Below the pieces are notes generated by a model, which searched no databases, was not told where the DNA came from, and was given only the letters and a program-made list of their open reading frames with translations. The position numbers and the translations under genes are program-made. 64,000 nucleotides of DNA from Takakia lepidozioides (lineage: Eukaryota > Plantae > Bryophyta), in contig CM060734.1 in the NCBI GenBank assembly GCA_030704615.1, positions 56,110,001 to 56,174,000 of the forward strand, written 5' to 3'. Below, piece after piece: positions 1 through 11,939 of the stretch (position 1 is its first letter; every line of letters starts with the position of its first letter).

Positions 1-56
1 CCTATGAGCTTGGCCTCCCATGTCTTGTTAGCTGCCTCCAGTCGTGTCCACTGCCA

Positions 57-1117
57 CTATCCCAAGCAGTGTGGACTAACCAATCTCCGTCAGGAACCTT
101 CTCAAGACGTGGTGTCAAGCATCCCATATGCCAACTCTTTGAGCATCGATCACACACCAGCATGGTGGCTGCCCCTTTGGCAGACCCACAGAGCATGCAC
201 CTCAAACCTGCAGGTACCACTGCCAAGTTTGGGTCAACTCTGCCATCGACATTGGGAAGGTGACATGCACAATTACGCACATGGTCCTTCCAAGTCATGC
301 CATCCCGACCCTCCAAGATCAGGACCCCTGAGGGCAACACCTCTCGAACCCTCAGAATAACACGCCCTGCAGTAACATCCAGAGTCGTAGGAGCAGTCTG
401 CTGCAAATAAACATAGTCACCAGGGCTAAACCTCCGAACCCCATGACGATATCCTCCACCACGTATAGTGGCATACCTTAACGTATCACGGTGTTGTGCA
501 ATGGCAAGGTTCTCAAAAGCCATGGGCATGACTTTCTTGAACAATTCTGCATGCTTCACATGCACGTACCCACACGTCCGGATCATCAAGGTTAAGGACT
601 TGAGCAGTGTCCCTACGAATGGCTGCAGGCAAATCCGGCTCTCGGCCAAAGAGAAGGAAATATGGTGAGAAGGAGGCAAGTGATGCTTGTTTGCTGAACC
701 TGTAGCCCATGGCTAACCAAGGAACCTGAAGATCCCAATCTCCTAGGTGTCCCTTCTGCAAGCCATACTTGCGCAAACCCCTCTTCACCGTCTGAACAAC
801 TCTCTCTGCCAAGCCATCGGCCTCAGGATGATCCCAAGAAGTGGTGCGGTGGTCTATCAAGGCTTTATCACACAAAGCCTGAAACTCCCCCAAGAACTCT
901 CTCCCTTGGTCCGTAAGTACCTCAGCTGGAGCACCAAATCGGCTAAGCACACGATCCAAGAATGCATACGTAGCCCCCTCACTAGCCTTGTCAGGCAATG
1001 GAACCAACTCAATCCACTTGGAGAAGTGCTCCACCATCACCAACACATATCTGTGGTGGCGCATAGTCAGTGGCAACGGTCCTGCGAAGTCAAGACTCCA
1101 CATGTAGCCCAATCCCA
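57..1117 (-). pseudogene. Integrase core plus C-terminal PHD finger, copy A (frameshifted)
   Basis: WSLDFAGPL...LTDQGREF...DGLAERVVQT (D,D,E), then FSPGDYVYL module, then CMLC...CDRC...HMGC...DWL/PHC (ORFs 513..1118 and 2..679). Confidence 0.9.
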
Positions 1118-1714
1118 ACCTGCCACTACTAGATCAATGGAACCAACCCGCTCCAAATCCTGCGCCCCCAGCAACGAAATGTCTGCTAGCAAGGCCTAAT
1201 GATATCCACGAATTGCAGACACCGACAACAACTCAGCGTACCGCTGCACCAATTGAGCAACATGGCGAAGTGAAACGCGTCGTGCAGTCTCATCCCTCTC
1301 CACATACAGGTAACGCCGAACTCGTACACCTGCCTGTAACACAACAACCAATCCGGTGTTGATCCCGCCAAACAAGTCTAGAAGACAAATGCCTTCATCC
1401 GGATACTGCCACACAATAGGTGTGGTGTCCAATGGAGACAACTGAGGTGGTCCTGGTGCAATCCCCGCACTCTCCTCCTCTCCTGACGGTACAAAAGCCT
1501 CCACCCAAGCTTGTTGCACCCGTCTATCAGCATCCCGCTACAAATCCTTGCTCGTGCTCCACAATGGAGTCTGAGCAACCATGGTAGGCAACTCCGCCAT
1601 ACCATACATGTCATCCTACTCTCCCGGAGGTGGCACATCCTCTGAATGAGCGTTGCCCTCAAGTAACTCTCTAGGCCAACTCACTGCCGTTGTGAATGCT
1701 GCTAGTGTCGGCAT
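1118..1714 (-). pseudogene. N-terminal half of C5 DNA methyltransferase (motif I up to just before motif IV PC), copy A
   Basis: ICLLDLFGGINTG (motif I), YVERD (motif II), then IDLVVAGW joined directly to integrase GLGYMWSLDF. Confidence 0.85.
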
Positions 1715-1789
1715 CTTGCCTCGCTGGGCAACCGCAACTCCTCCTATGAACGTCACAGGGAGCTGCACACGCCGGCCCTCCCCTGACTG

Positions 1790-2200
1790 TCATGCAGGCC
1801 TATAGGAAGCTGACTCCTCCCAAAAATCCAAGGTGAAGCCCATGGGGTACAACACTGCCCCACCAACCGGGACATCGTATGAGACCGCGTCTGTCACAAT
1901 GGCCTTGGCTCGCATCATTGAGCCATCTGTAGGATGATCCGGCCGTAGTCTGATAGCTAACTCACGCCGGGTCATGCCCCGAGCCTGCTCCGATCCTCCA
2001 AGAGACGTCTGTATCTGGAAACGACAAAGCTCCATATCCGCCTCCGTGAGGCCCAAGCCTGCAATAGCAGCTCTTCCCAGCATCAATGGCTGAGCTCCCG
2101 AGTCCAACAAGACCCGTAGTGGCCGGTACCTCTTGCCTGCCGGTCCACTCAAACAGAAAATGCCATCCTGGTTGTCTAACATGACAACTCTAGGTGTCAC
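1790..2200 (-). pseudogene. Retroviral-type aspartic protease, copy A
   Basis: RVLLDSGAQPLMLG active-site motif and YDVPVGG-type C-terminal motif in ORF 1790..2623. Confidence 0.85.
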
Positions 2201-2807
2201 CATGGCGCGCTCAATGGCTGGCCTAGCTGGCAGCTCCATCAACCTGGCAGCTGCAGCTTGCCATGGCGCCGCCGTGGCAGTCTTGACCCTCAAATCCGAG
2301 GATCCCTTCGGCACTACACCTCCCACTATCTCCGTAGAAGATGAAGTAACCTCCCCACTCTCACAGAGTGTAGCTGCCAGCCTGAACACCTCAGCTAGTC
2401 TTACCCCTGGCGTCGCAATCATGGTAGCCGAGAACAATGGAGCTTGGCAAACAGATGTGGCCGCTCCTAGCAGCACACTAGCTGCCGTAGCCTTGGCAAC
2501 ACTAGTTTGTGCTACCCGTGTAGCTCTCAGTCGGGCGAGAACTAGGTGCCATGGATGGCGTCGACACTGTCTCCGCCAATGTGAATGACTGAGGAAGCCT
2601 AGCCTGACGGCTTGCCTCCCCACGCTGTGGATCTAACTCCACCTCTGCACCTCGTGGCTCAGGAACTCGTGCTGCTCCTCGAGTCACGGCTGCAGCAGAC
2701 TCCACCTGCACTAGTGGTAGTGCTGCTCCGCACATGAATCCCATGTCTCCCATATCTCCTCCCTCAGGAGCAGGAGGTGGACCATCCGGCCTTGGAGCCG
2801 GTACCAC

Positions 2808-4185
2808 CTAAACTGTAGCCATGGGAGCGAGCCTCTGCTCTAGCTGCTGAAGCCGGTTGGCCATGCCTTGGTCAACACCCTGACCTCCGCGTCCCTGACC
2901 ACCATTGTTCCCTTGGAACTGGCCTGGGCGCAACTCAGGATGCAAACCATAACACTGGGCCTCTCCATGCCCGTGCTTGCCACAATGCCCACACTGCAAC
3001 TGTGCAGACTTTGCATGTGCCGGCCCTTTGCCTCCCTCTGGGCAATCCTTCTTGACATGGGGTCCTCCACATGTCCAGCACATCCACATCAGCAAATGAA
3101 GGGAGAGACCCCTGCTTCTGAGGTCCTCTCTGCCCTTCCCTGAGCTTCACCTGAGCCCCCTTGTTGCCTTGAGCACGTTGATGTAGTGGTTGGCTAGGAG
3201 CACCACTACCCCGTGGTGTCTCCTTAGCAAATCCCACCATGACCACTCGTTCCTCCACCATGTTGAGCTCTATCCGCTCTGCCAGCAAAAACACATTTGC
3301 TAAGGTGGGTTGGGCCGCTTGTAGGAGAGTTGCATCCCGCACCCTTCTCCTCAGCTCCTTGTCCAATATCCCATACCAGAATTGGACTGCCTGAGCTTCC
3401 GTAATCCCTTGGGTTACATTTATCAAGCGCCTCATGCGAGTGAAAGCCTCCCTCAAGCTCTCGGTCGGCTTCCGTTGGAACTCTTGCAAGCTCTGCAACT
3501 TCTCTGTCCTCACCCCTTGGTAGTTCCTTCTCAACTCTTCGAAGAACTCCACAACAGGGTTGAAGGCAGGCATGGGTACTAGTGCTGGTGCAGTAGTGGC
3601 TTGGGTGGATGTCGTAGCTATTGTACCACCAGTCCCACTAGTCTCACTGCTGCTTGCTGAAGCTGCCGGTGTAGCCACTGCCCTTGTGGCTCTAGTGCCC
3701 CTAGTGATGGAGACATAGTCGGGTGACCAGTACATCCTCCACTCCTCGATCTCAAACTCATGCCCCCGCCTGAACTCATGGTAATCATCCATAGGCGGCC
3801 CCTCAAGGTGCTGAAACAGCCCCTTCCATGCCATGAAAGGCGTAAATAGTTGTGGATTGCGCATTTGCTGCAAATCACACCAACTATCAAACTCTTGGAT
3901 AAAATCATCCAACTCGATGATGCCCACCACCCCAGAGTACCTTCGTGGCCCCTTGGTAGCTCCATACATCTCCTCCATTATGTCCCACAACAATGGCAAG
4001 GAAACAACTTGCACCGCCGGTATGAGTCCTCCTGATTCACAATCCGAATCAGAACCTTCCGTAGAAGACACAGGAGGTGAAGGTGGCCTAAACCGCACAC
4101 CTCGTCTCGTGTACCCACTAATATCGCTAGTGCTCGAACCGGCACTGTCCCCAGCAACTAGTGGCACCTCCGTGTTGACACTCAA
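2808..4185 (-). pseudogene. Gag with two zinc knuckles, copy A (frameshift near 3095)
   Basis: 416-aa ORF with retrotransposon gag-like LQEFQRKPTESLREAFTRM; then CWTCGGPHVKKDC and CGHCGKHGHGEAQC in ORF 2808..3095. Confidence 0.8.
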
Positions 4186-4839
4186 CCGATAGAGAACCTG
4201 TTGCGGCTTATGGTTTGGAATACTAAGTTCATAACATAGCCTACACCTGTACCTGCATCCACCGCAAGCACTCCTATGGTTGGCTGGTCATCACCTCCAA
4301 CCTCACCACAGGAGAAACAATGATGGTCTGGCTGGTCATCACCCCAGCCTCACCATCGACAGCATGCTCTAGGACTGGCCGGTGATTAAATCCGGACCAA
4401 TCACCTATAAAAACAAGCGCCCACACAAAACTAGCATGGCGCACAGTCAAGCATGCAGGTATGGAGGGGATCCAAACACAAGAAATCAGAACGACAACTC
4501 CCCCACACCAAAAACAACTCCACGGTGTTGCTCCTAGAAGGACACCCCAGCCCAAACCCGGACTGACTCTTGCCTCCACCTACGGAAAGGTCTTGGCCTA
4601 ATGAGAGGGTGGAAACTACGAGGAAGAGAAGCTAAAGCAATGCCTAACCCCAGCATGCCCTCATCCCAACACTCTTCATCTCATCTCTTCCCTCACTTGC
4701 ATGACCATGGAATATCATGAAGATACTCCTCAAACCGCCCTCCACGAGCTTCAAAATTCGGCCTTCAAGACCACATACCAGTCCTTAGGCAGTCCACCAG
4801 TGCCTCCACGAGTCAGCATAGGCCGTCCACAGGTCAACA

Positions 4840-5722
4840 CAGGCCACCACAGACCAGCACAGGCCCACACAGCTCACAGGCCACAGCCTGTCACAGCCCT
4901 ACACAGGTCACAGGGTCACAGCCCCACAGGCCGCAGCCTGTCACAGCCCCAAAGGCCAGATGTCACAGCTTGTCATAGCCCATCACAACCCCAAAGGCCA
5001 CAAGCACAGCCTGTCACAGCCCTACAAAGGTCACAGGGTCCCAGCCCCAAAGGCCACAGCCTATCACAGCCCCTCATAGCCCCATAGGCCATAGGGCACA
5101 GCTTGTCACAGCCCGACACAGGTCACAGGGATCACAGCCCCAAAGGCCACAGCCCCTCACAGCCCGTCACAGCTCGCCACAACCCCACAGGCCACAGGGC
5201 ACAGCCTGTCACAACTCGCCACAGCCCGTCACAGCCTGTCGCATCCCGTCACAGCCCCACAGGCCACAGGGCACAGCCTGTCATAGCCCCTCACAGCCCC
5301 TCACAGCCCCACAGGCCACAGGGCACAGCCTGTCAAGCCCCTCACAGCCCGTCACAGCCCCACAGGCCACAAGGCACAGCCTGTCACAGCCCCTTATAGC
5401 CCGTCACAGCCCCACAGGCCACGGGGCACAGCCTGTCACAGCCCCTTATAGCCCGTCACAGCCCCACAGGCCACGGGGCATAGCCTGTCACAGCCCCTCA
5501 CAGCCCCAAAGGCCTCAGGCACGGCCTGACACAGCCCCTCACAGCCTGTCATAGCCCAAAGGCCTCAGGCACGGCCTGTCACAGCCCCTCACAGCCCATC
5601 ACAGCCCCAAAGGCCACGGGCACAGCCTCTCACAGCCTCTCACAGCCCGTCACAGCCCCGAAGGCCACTGGCGCAGCCCGTCACAACCCCCAAGGCCACA
5701 GGGACAACCCGTCACAGCCCCA
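4840..5722. repeat. C/A-rich minisatellite (GTCACAGCCC / CACAGGCCACAGGG units) in the 5' leader of copy A
   Basis: Dozens of cacagcc-based units in higher-order repeats of about 45-55 bp. Confidence 0.9.
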
Positions 5723-6209
5723 TCCATGGCCGCTCTGGCAGTTTAGCCATTTCTCCAAGGGGTTTAGCCACGCCAAGCTAGGGTTTGTGTCTCTTGGACT
5801 CTAGGCTTCTTTCCACCGAGCTATGGCGGCTGTGAGGAAATCAGCAAGGTATTCTTACTCTTTCGGCTCCCACACACCACCATAGTAGCCCTAAGCCATG
5901 AGGTGGTTGCCACAAACCAAGCCTTCTTTCTCACTTAGCCTCCCCAAACACGCCATTAAACTCAATGGCAAACAACCAAGCCCTGCTGGTTCCCAGCCCT
6001 TGTGAGCACTCATTCAAGCACTGGCCATAACATCTGTCTTAGAGCCTATTGCAGCCCCCTACACCTGCTGCTTCAAGAGTTGCGTTCCCTTCAAGCTTGA
6101 AGTTGAAACCCCAACTCACATAGGCCCTACAAGTGCTTTTCTTTCACTCCAAGTGGAAACCAGCCCTAGACCTTCCGTTCTAGCTCTCTAAAGCTTGAAA
6201 ACAAGAGCC

Positions 6210-6545
6210 TCAATGGGCTGAAGGCATGCTCCACACATGCCCCACTCTCACCATAAGAGAATCAGCTCCTTTGCTTCATTTCTTGCACCCACAAACCTGA
6301 AAATACAAGCTTCAGCAGGCTGAAAGCATGCTCCACATGCCCTACAGGGAAACCAGCCCCTTCCTTCCTTTCTTGCACTCCCACACCTGAAAGTGCAAGC
6401 CTTCACCAGGCTGATAGCATGCTCCACACATGCATTGCCCTCACATAAGGGAAGTCAGCCCTTCCCTCTTCCTTGCTTGCCCTCCAAGCTTGAAGATGGA
6501 AGCTTCAATGAGCTGAATACATGCTCCACACATGCAACCTCTTCA
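6210..6545. repeat. Degenerate ~100-bp tandem repeat (GCTGA..CATGCTCCACACATGC core) in the element leader
   Basis: Core recurs near 6217, 6319, 6409 and 6512; reverse-complement copies in copy B at 9320-9540. Confidence 0.7.
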
Positions 6546-7268
6546 CACAAGAGATATTAGCCCCTTATCTTGGCTCCTTGGCTCCTTGATGCTCTCTATG
6601 ACAAGACTAAGCACTCCACAGCCCTTGCCAAGCTCTTGAAACCCTAAGGCTTACATTTCTAGCCACAAGACACTCCTCTTGTGGTGCAAGAACTTTTCTT
6701 CCAAGCTCTGAAACCCTAGGTGCACATTCCATGGCCTTGCCGCACCTCTTAGCTCCTGTTCCAGCCCCGCTCTTGCCATGGCAAGAGCCCTCATACCGCT
6801 GGAGTTTCAGATTGAAACCCCCAACTCAACATAGCCACAAATGCATTGGCTTGCATACAAGAGAAATCAGCCATCTCTCTTCACTCATACCTCCTTATGA
6901 GCTTGAAGTTGGAGCTCCCGATAACTGTGACTTACATCTAACACCCTCGCAGCTCCACATTGCTGCAACTCCTTAACTTGGCCTGCAGCTGAAGAAGACG
7001 ACCACCAGTTCACCCACTCGAGACCAGCATCTCCCCCGCTTCACACTAGAAGCCCAAACTTGGTTGCCATAGCGTTGAGCTATGCAACGCCGCTCTTCAA
7101 CATGGGCTACCTGCCTCTCTATCCATTGCAAATCTGCAACTTGTTCGCCTTTGCACTCTATCCACTTTGGATAGGCTCATGCACGGATCCCTGCACTCTA
7201 GGCTGAACCGCTTCTCATGAAAACACAAGTGCTACAAAACAACTCGAACCTGGCACTCACAAACTCGA

Positions 7269-7490
7269 GCTCATCTTTCTCGAGTGATAAAGAAGAAGAA
7301 TACAAGCACGAGCTCATAAATCTGAAGCATAAACTCATGCATATATAACATCATCACTCAAATACAAGTCAAGCCAAGTGCACCCCATGCCATGGGGAAT
7401 CCACACTACGGCGCCATAGCTAGGCGCGGTGAGGCTCAACTCGAGAAAGATGAGCCTCCCGCGCTTGCCGTGAAGATAACCACTCCAGGG
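7269..7490 (-). repeat. Putative LTR segment of the DNMT retroelement (5' side of copy A)
   Basis: Reverse complement matches 13437-13552 downstream of the PHD stop in copy B (gagtggttatcttcacggcaagcgcggg...gacttgtatttgagtgatga...ttctttatca); contains TATATA. Confidence 0.65.
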
Positions 7491-8333
7491 CCTAAATCTG
7501 CCTTGACCCCTGGATTGACACTTGGGCCAATCCCAAATGTCAATATGTAAAAGCTAGCTATTTCCTAGCTAGTTTCACACTAGTGGTAAAATAACTTGAC
7601 ATTCCCTTCATACAAACCTCAATCAATAGATTCACATGAAAATGCTGAAGAGACGTTACCTATGGGTAATTTTCAAGTAGTGCCGCAAACCAATTGACAT
7701 ATGAACCTCTCTTGCCCTTTGAACTCTGTCCTTGTCGTGATTGTTGCGGTGGTGGATTTGATGTTGTGGCACCTGAAAGAAGTGCCATTTGAGGATCTGT
7801 TTTTCGAGGTCTGCCAAGTGGGTTTTTGGGTTTGATGGGAATGTTTGTCTTTTTGTTTGCAACCTCCTCAGACAACTGCAATGCCATTTTATGTAACCAT
7901 AGATCTCTCTCTTATTTGGTAATGGGCTTTACAAATTCTGTCAAAACTAACTGTTTGGAGGCCATGATATCTAAAACAAGACTCTAATCGCTTACTGCAT
8001 CTGTGAACTCCAACACTAGTCCTCATCATAACTCGTTTTTTCCAATGTCGGTCTTGTTTTCTTCAAACAACAAAAAAATGCTGGCAAATTCTCTTACGTT
8101 GACATTTACACTTCAGAGCCCTATTTCGAATTGCATCTATGAGAGATAATGCTCTGTAAGTTATCAGCTTACAAGAACAATGGGTGGTTGGAATGTACTC
8201 ATCAGGGTTGTTCTTCACAAAACAAAGTATGCATGGACATAGACTCCTCACCTCCATCACACGTTGAATAAAATTTTGCAGAAACAAGAGTACTGGTATG
8301 TTAAGGAGCTCCATCGATGAAGACCTCCCTAAA

Positions 8334-8483
8334 CTGTGGCGGGAAAATTCTATGGCTACGAAAGAACGAGAGTAACTCGGAGCTTGACGGATGGTGCTTC
8401 TGAACTGCTTAATCTTTGCAGAGGCTGTGCGGGAAATTCTATGGCCATGAAAGGACGAGAGTAACTCGGAGCTTGACGGTGCT
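8334..8483. repeat. Short tandem duplication (~90-bp period)
   Basis: gggaaa(a)ttctatggc..gaaag.acgagagtaactcggagcttgacgg occurs twice. Confidence 0.7.
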
Positions 8484-9797
8484 CGTGAACTGTTTGACTG
8501 TTGCAGATGGTGCGTGCAGCCTCTAAAGATGTGGAGCTTATCGCAAGCTTGTATTGTAGGTGGCAAAAAAATTTCAATCATAAACTGCCGAAACAATATA
8601 AAATATGAGGTGTCGAGTGGACTAAACCTCCAAAAAATAATTATTTCGGCACTGTGCTGTCGAATTTGACGGCAACGTACGGTACATGACGACATGTGTA
8701 ACTCCACTCGGGGTTACATCACAAAATGGTCTCGAAATTTGACTAAGTCCAAATGTGGCTAAGTATAAAATTGACTAATTAGAGTTGCATAAGAGACCAA
8801 GGTATAGGGCTACACAGATTGGAATACAAATACCCGGGTTACACTACACGAGCCTCCCATCAAGAATCAAGCCCAGAACCACATCGCCTACAATGTTACC
8901 ACCTTACCATCACTCTACCCACCACAACATGAAATCCACTTGGATTCTTAAGTACTAGGGCTTCGCGTTGCTCCGCACTACTAGCGACGAATTCTGAGAA
9001 CTACGTTCAATGCAAATCAGTGCACGTTGTGGAGTATGTTGAGAGTGGGTTTCAATCTCGAGCTTCAGCATTGAGAGGGCTCTTGTCATGGCAAGAGCAG
9101 GGCTGGAACAGAAGCTAAGAGGTGCGGCAAGGCCATGGAATGTGCACCTAGGGTTTCAGAGCTTGGAAGAAGAGCTCTTGCACCACAAGAGGAGTGTCTT
9201 GTGGCTGGAAATGTAAGCCTTAGGATTTCAGGAGCTTGGCAAAGGCTGTGGAGTGCTTAGTCTTGTCTTAGAGAGCATCAAGGAGCCAAAGAGCCAAGAT
9301 AGGGGGCTGATACCTCTTGGTTGCATGTGTGGAGCATGTATTCAGCTCATTGAAGCTTCCATCTTCAAGCTTGGAGGGCAAGCAAGGAAGAGGGAAGGGT
9401 TGACTTCCCTTATGTGAGGGCAATGCATGTGTGGAGCATGCTTTCGGCCTGTTGAAGGCTTGTACTTTCAAGTTTGGGAGTGCAAGAATAGAAGGAAGGG
9501 GCTGGTTTCCCTGTAGGGCATGTGTGGAGAATGCTTCCAGCCCGCTGAAGCTTGTCTATCAGACTACGGCCGGATCACCCTACAGATGGCTCAGTGATGC
9601 GAGCCAAGGCCATTGTGACAGACGTGGTCTCATACGATGTCCTGGTTGGTGGGGCAGTGTTGTACCCCATGGGCTTCACCCTGGATTTTTGGGAGGAGTC
9701 AGCTTCCTATAGGCCTACATGGCAGTCAGGGGAGGGCCGGCGTTTGCAGCTCCTTGTGACGTTCATATGAGGAGTTGCGGTTGCCCAGTGAGGCAAG

Positions 9798-11060
9798 ATG
9801 CCGACACTAGCAGCATTCACAGCGGCAGTGAGTTGGCCTGGAGAGTTGCTTAAGGGCAACACTCATTCAGAGGATGTGCCACCTTCGGGAGAGCAGGATG
9901 ACACGTATGGTATGGCGAAGTTGCCTACCATGGTTGCTCAGACTCCATTGTGGGGCACGAGCAAGGATTTGCAGCGGGATGCTGATCGACGGATGCAACA
10001 AGCTTGGGTGGAGGCTTTTGTACCGTCAAGAGAGGAGGAGAGTGCGGGGATTGCACCAGGACCACCTCAGTTGTCTCCATTGGACACCACACCTATTGTG
10101 TGGCAGTATCCGGATGAAGACATTTGTCTTCTGGACTTGTTTGGCGGGATCAGCACTGGATTGGCTACTGTGTTACAGACAGGTGTACGAGTTCGGCGTT
10201 ACCTATATGTGGAGAGGGATGAGACTACACGATGCGTTTCACTTCGCCATGTTGCTCAGTTGGTGCAGTGGTACCCTGAGTTGTTGCCGGTGTCTGCAGT
10301 TCGTGGATATCAGCAAGCCTTACCAGCAGACATTTCGTTGCTGGGGGCGCAGGATTTGGAGCGGGTTGGCTCCATTGATCTGGTAGTGGCAGATTGGCCT
10401 TGCCAAGGGCATTCATCAGCCGGGCATGGCAATGGATTGCAAGACTCGAGGTCGGGTCTGTTTTGGGAGATGGTGCGGGTTTTGCGCCACTTGCAGCTTC
10501 ATCAAGCTGTATCTCTAGCATACATCTTGGAGAATATGCCACTGATGGGCGATTCTCGGGCCAGGGTGATGGCCAGTGTGCATCAAGTGCGGTCGTGGCT
10601 TGGGTTAGCAGTGTTGCTAGATGCAGCTACAGTGGGGTCACGGGCTCATCGTCCACGGCTATGGTGGACTAACTTGATGTCACCCGCACTGCTCAAGCGT
10701 GCATTTGATGGGGTGCAACGGCCAGCACATCTCACAGTGGATAGCATTTTGGACACAGGGAGGCAGTCTCAGCGTGTGAGACACGATGACCGTTCGCCTT
10801 TGGGAGTGGTCAACAAGGTGGGTCAACCACGAGCAACACTACCTACACTGCTCAGCTTCCCAGGATCGCATGCTTTCCGGGATAATGGACCTGGCCTCCT
10901 ATGGGATGCTCAGCAATTAGTGGAGCCTAATGCTGACGAGTGAGAGCGGGCTATGGGTTTTTCCACTGGGACCACGGCGGTGCCTTCTCTTTCTTAGGCA
11001 TCACGTCGTCAGGTGTTGGGGCAAGCAATGGATCTCAATTGCTTGACCTGGATTATCAGC
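9798..11060 (+). pseudogene. DNMT3-like C5 cytosine methyltransferase domain within the retroelement polyprotein
   Basis: Motifs in linear order: I LDLFGGIS (10131), II YVERD, IV DWPCQ (10398-10406), VI LENM (10530), VIII AHRPRLWWTNL (10644), IX E*ERAMGF (10938), X RRQVLGQAMD (11004). In-frame stops at 10941 and 10995. Confidence 0.92.
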
Positions 11061-11498
11061 TTGGCTATGGCTGAGCAACGAAGAGTGCGGAGTGCACTTC
11101 CCTTGACGGTCTCTCTGCCTACCGAGACGGTACAGGCAGTGAGTGGGGGCGAGCCGGTGAGGACCATAGGGTGTAGACATCCATGGCACACGTGGGAGGT
11201 GCTTGAGGTTCAGAGGGAGTTGGCAGCCAAGGCGGCTGTGATGGATGAGGTTGGGGAATCTTCTCGGGTTGAGGAGGTCCTCAAGGATGAGATGATGGGG
11301 CAGGATGAGGCCTTGTCATTGACTGAGCAGGCAGGGAGTACTGCTCAAGAGGTTGCGGCATAGTAACCACGGGACGCGTCCTCTACCTCTAAGTTTGCTG
11401 GACTTAAGGTTGCAGTTACGAAGGGCAATTGGGAGCCTGACATTGGACCATTGTCACTAGAGGAGAGAGACGACGTATACGGCGGTTCCTGAGGTTTT

Positions 11499-11610
11499 AA
11501 GAATTGCTTTGCCTCTCGTGCTACGGTGGAGGAGCATGAGAGACATGTTCAGGTTGTGCATCGACCGGGTTTGGTCAATAGGGATGCGGATGGATTGAGT
11601 CGCAATCCAT
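11499..11610 (+). pseudogene. Fused remnants of RT and RNase H
   Basis: KNCFA|SRATVEEHERH|VQVVHRPGLVNRDADGLSRNP: pre-RT segment, the post-YxDD 'S.T.EEH..H' helix, and the RNase H C-terminal 'HRPG..N..AD.LSR' motif. No YxDD or RNase H core present. Confidence 0.75.
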
Positions 11611-11939
11611 GCACGAGCCAGCAGGATGACACTGGAGCTCGGTGGCATGGTGAGACGGACGAGGAGATGGTGTCGGGATGACATGCATCTGCCTTTTTGT
11701 GTATCTTGGCATCGAGAGGTCGGGTTGGACCTACAACAGGGATGACTGTAGACGGAGTGTCTGAGGACCCTGAGGCTAGTGATGAGCCAGGTGGTGCCAG
11801 AGATATACATGAGGATTTGGTTGTGTTGGACTACCTCCGCACTGGAGATACGGCAGCTAATGTGACTGCCAAGGAGATGGATCGGATCCTGCAACGAGCC
11901 AAGAGGTTCAAGTGGGAGGGGATACACCTACTTTGAGTG

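Larger units (their letters stand above)
1..7490 (-). mobile_element. Ty3/gypsy-type retroelement copy A (gag-PR-truncated DNMT-INT-PHD), degenerate; 3' end runs out of the window
   Basis: Minus-strand gag, Zn knuckles, DSGA protease, methyltransferase N-half, DDE integrase and PHD. Near-identical (reverse complement) to copy B at 9.0-13.55 kb. 7280-7490 matches the 3' terminal sequence of copy B, as expected for an LTR. Outer boundary not resolved. Confidence 0.85.

Noticed and set aside
4701-5399. Pro/His/Ser/Gln-rich ORFs
   Set aside because: Translations of the minisatellite, antisense to the element.
7656-7887. Possible DNA-transposon ORF fragment (KRGSYVNWF, GRPRK)
   Set aside because: Too short; no catalytic motif or termini seen to support a call.
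8063-8707. 214-aa ORF
   Set aside because: No recognisable domain; partly generated by a tandem duplication.
9798-10943. Host DRM/DNMT3 gene or bacterial restriction-modification contamination
   Set aside because: Intronless, in frame with retroelement protease and integrase, present in two element copies, not circularly permuted, and embedded among plant genes.
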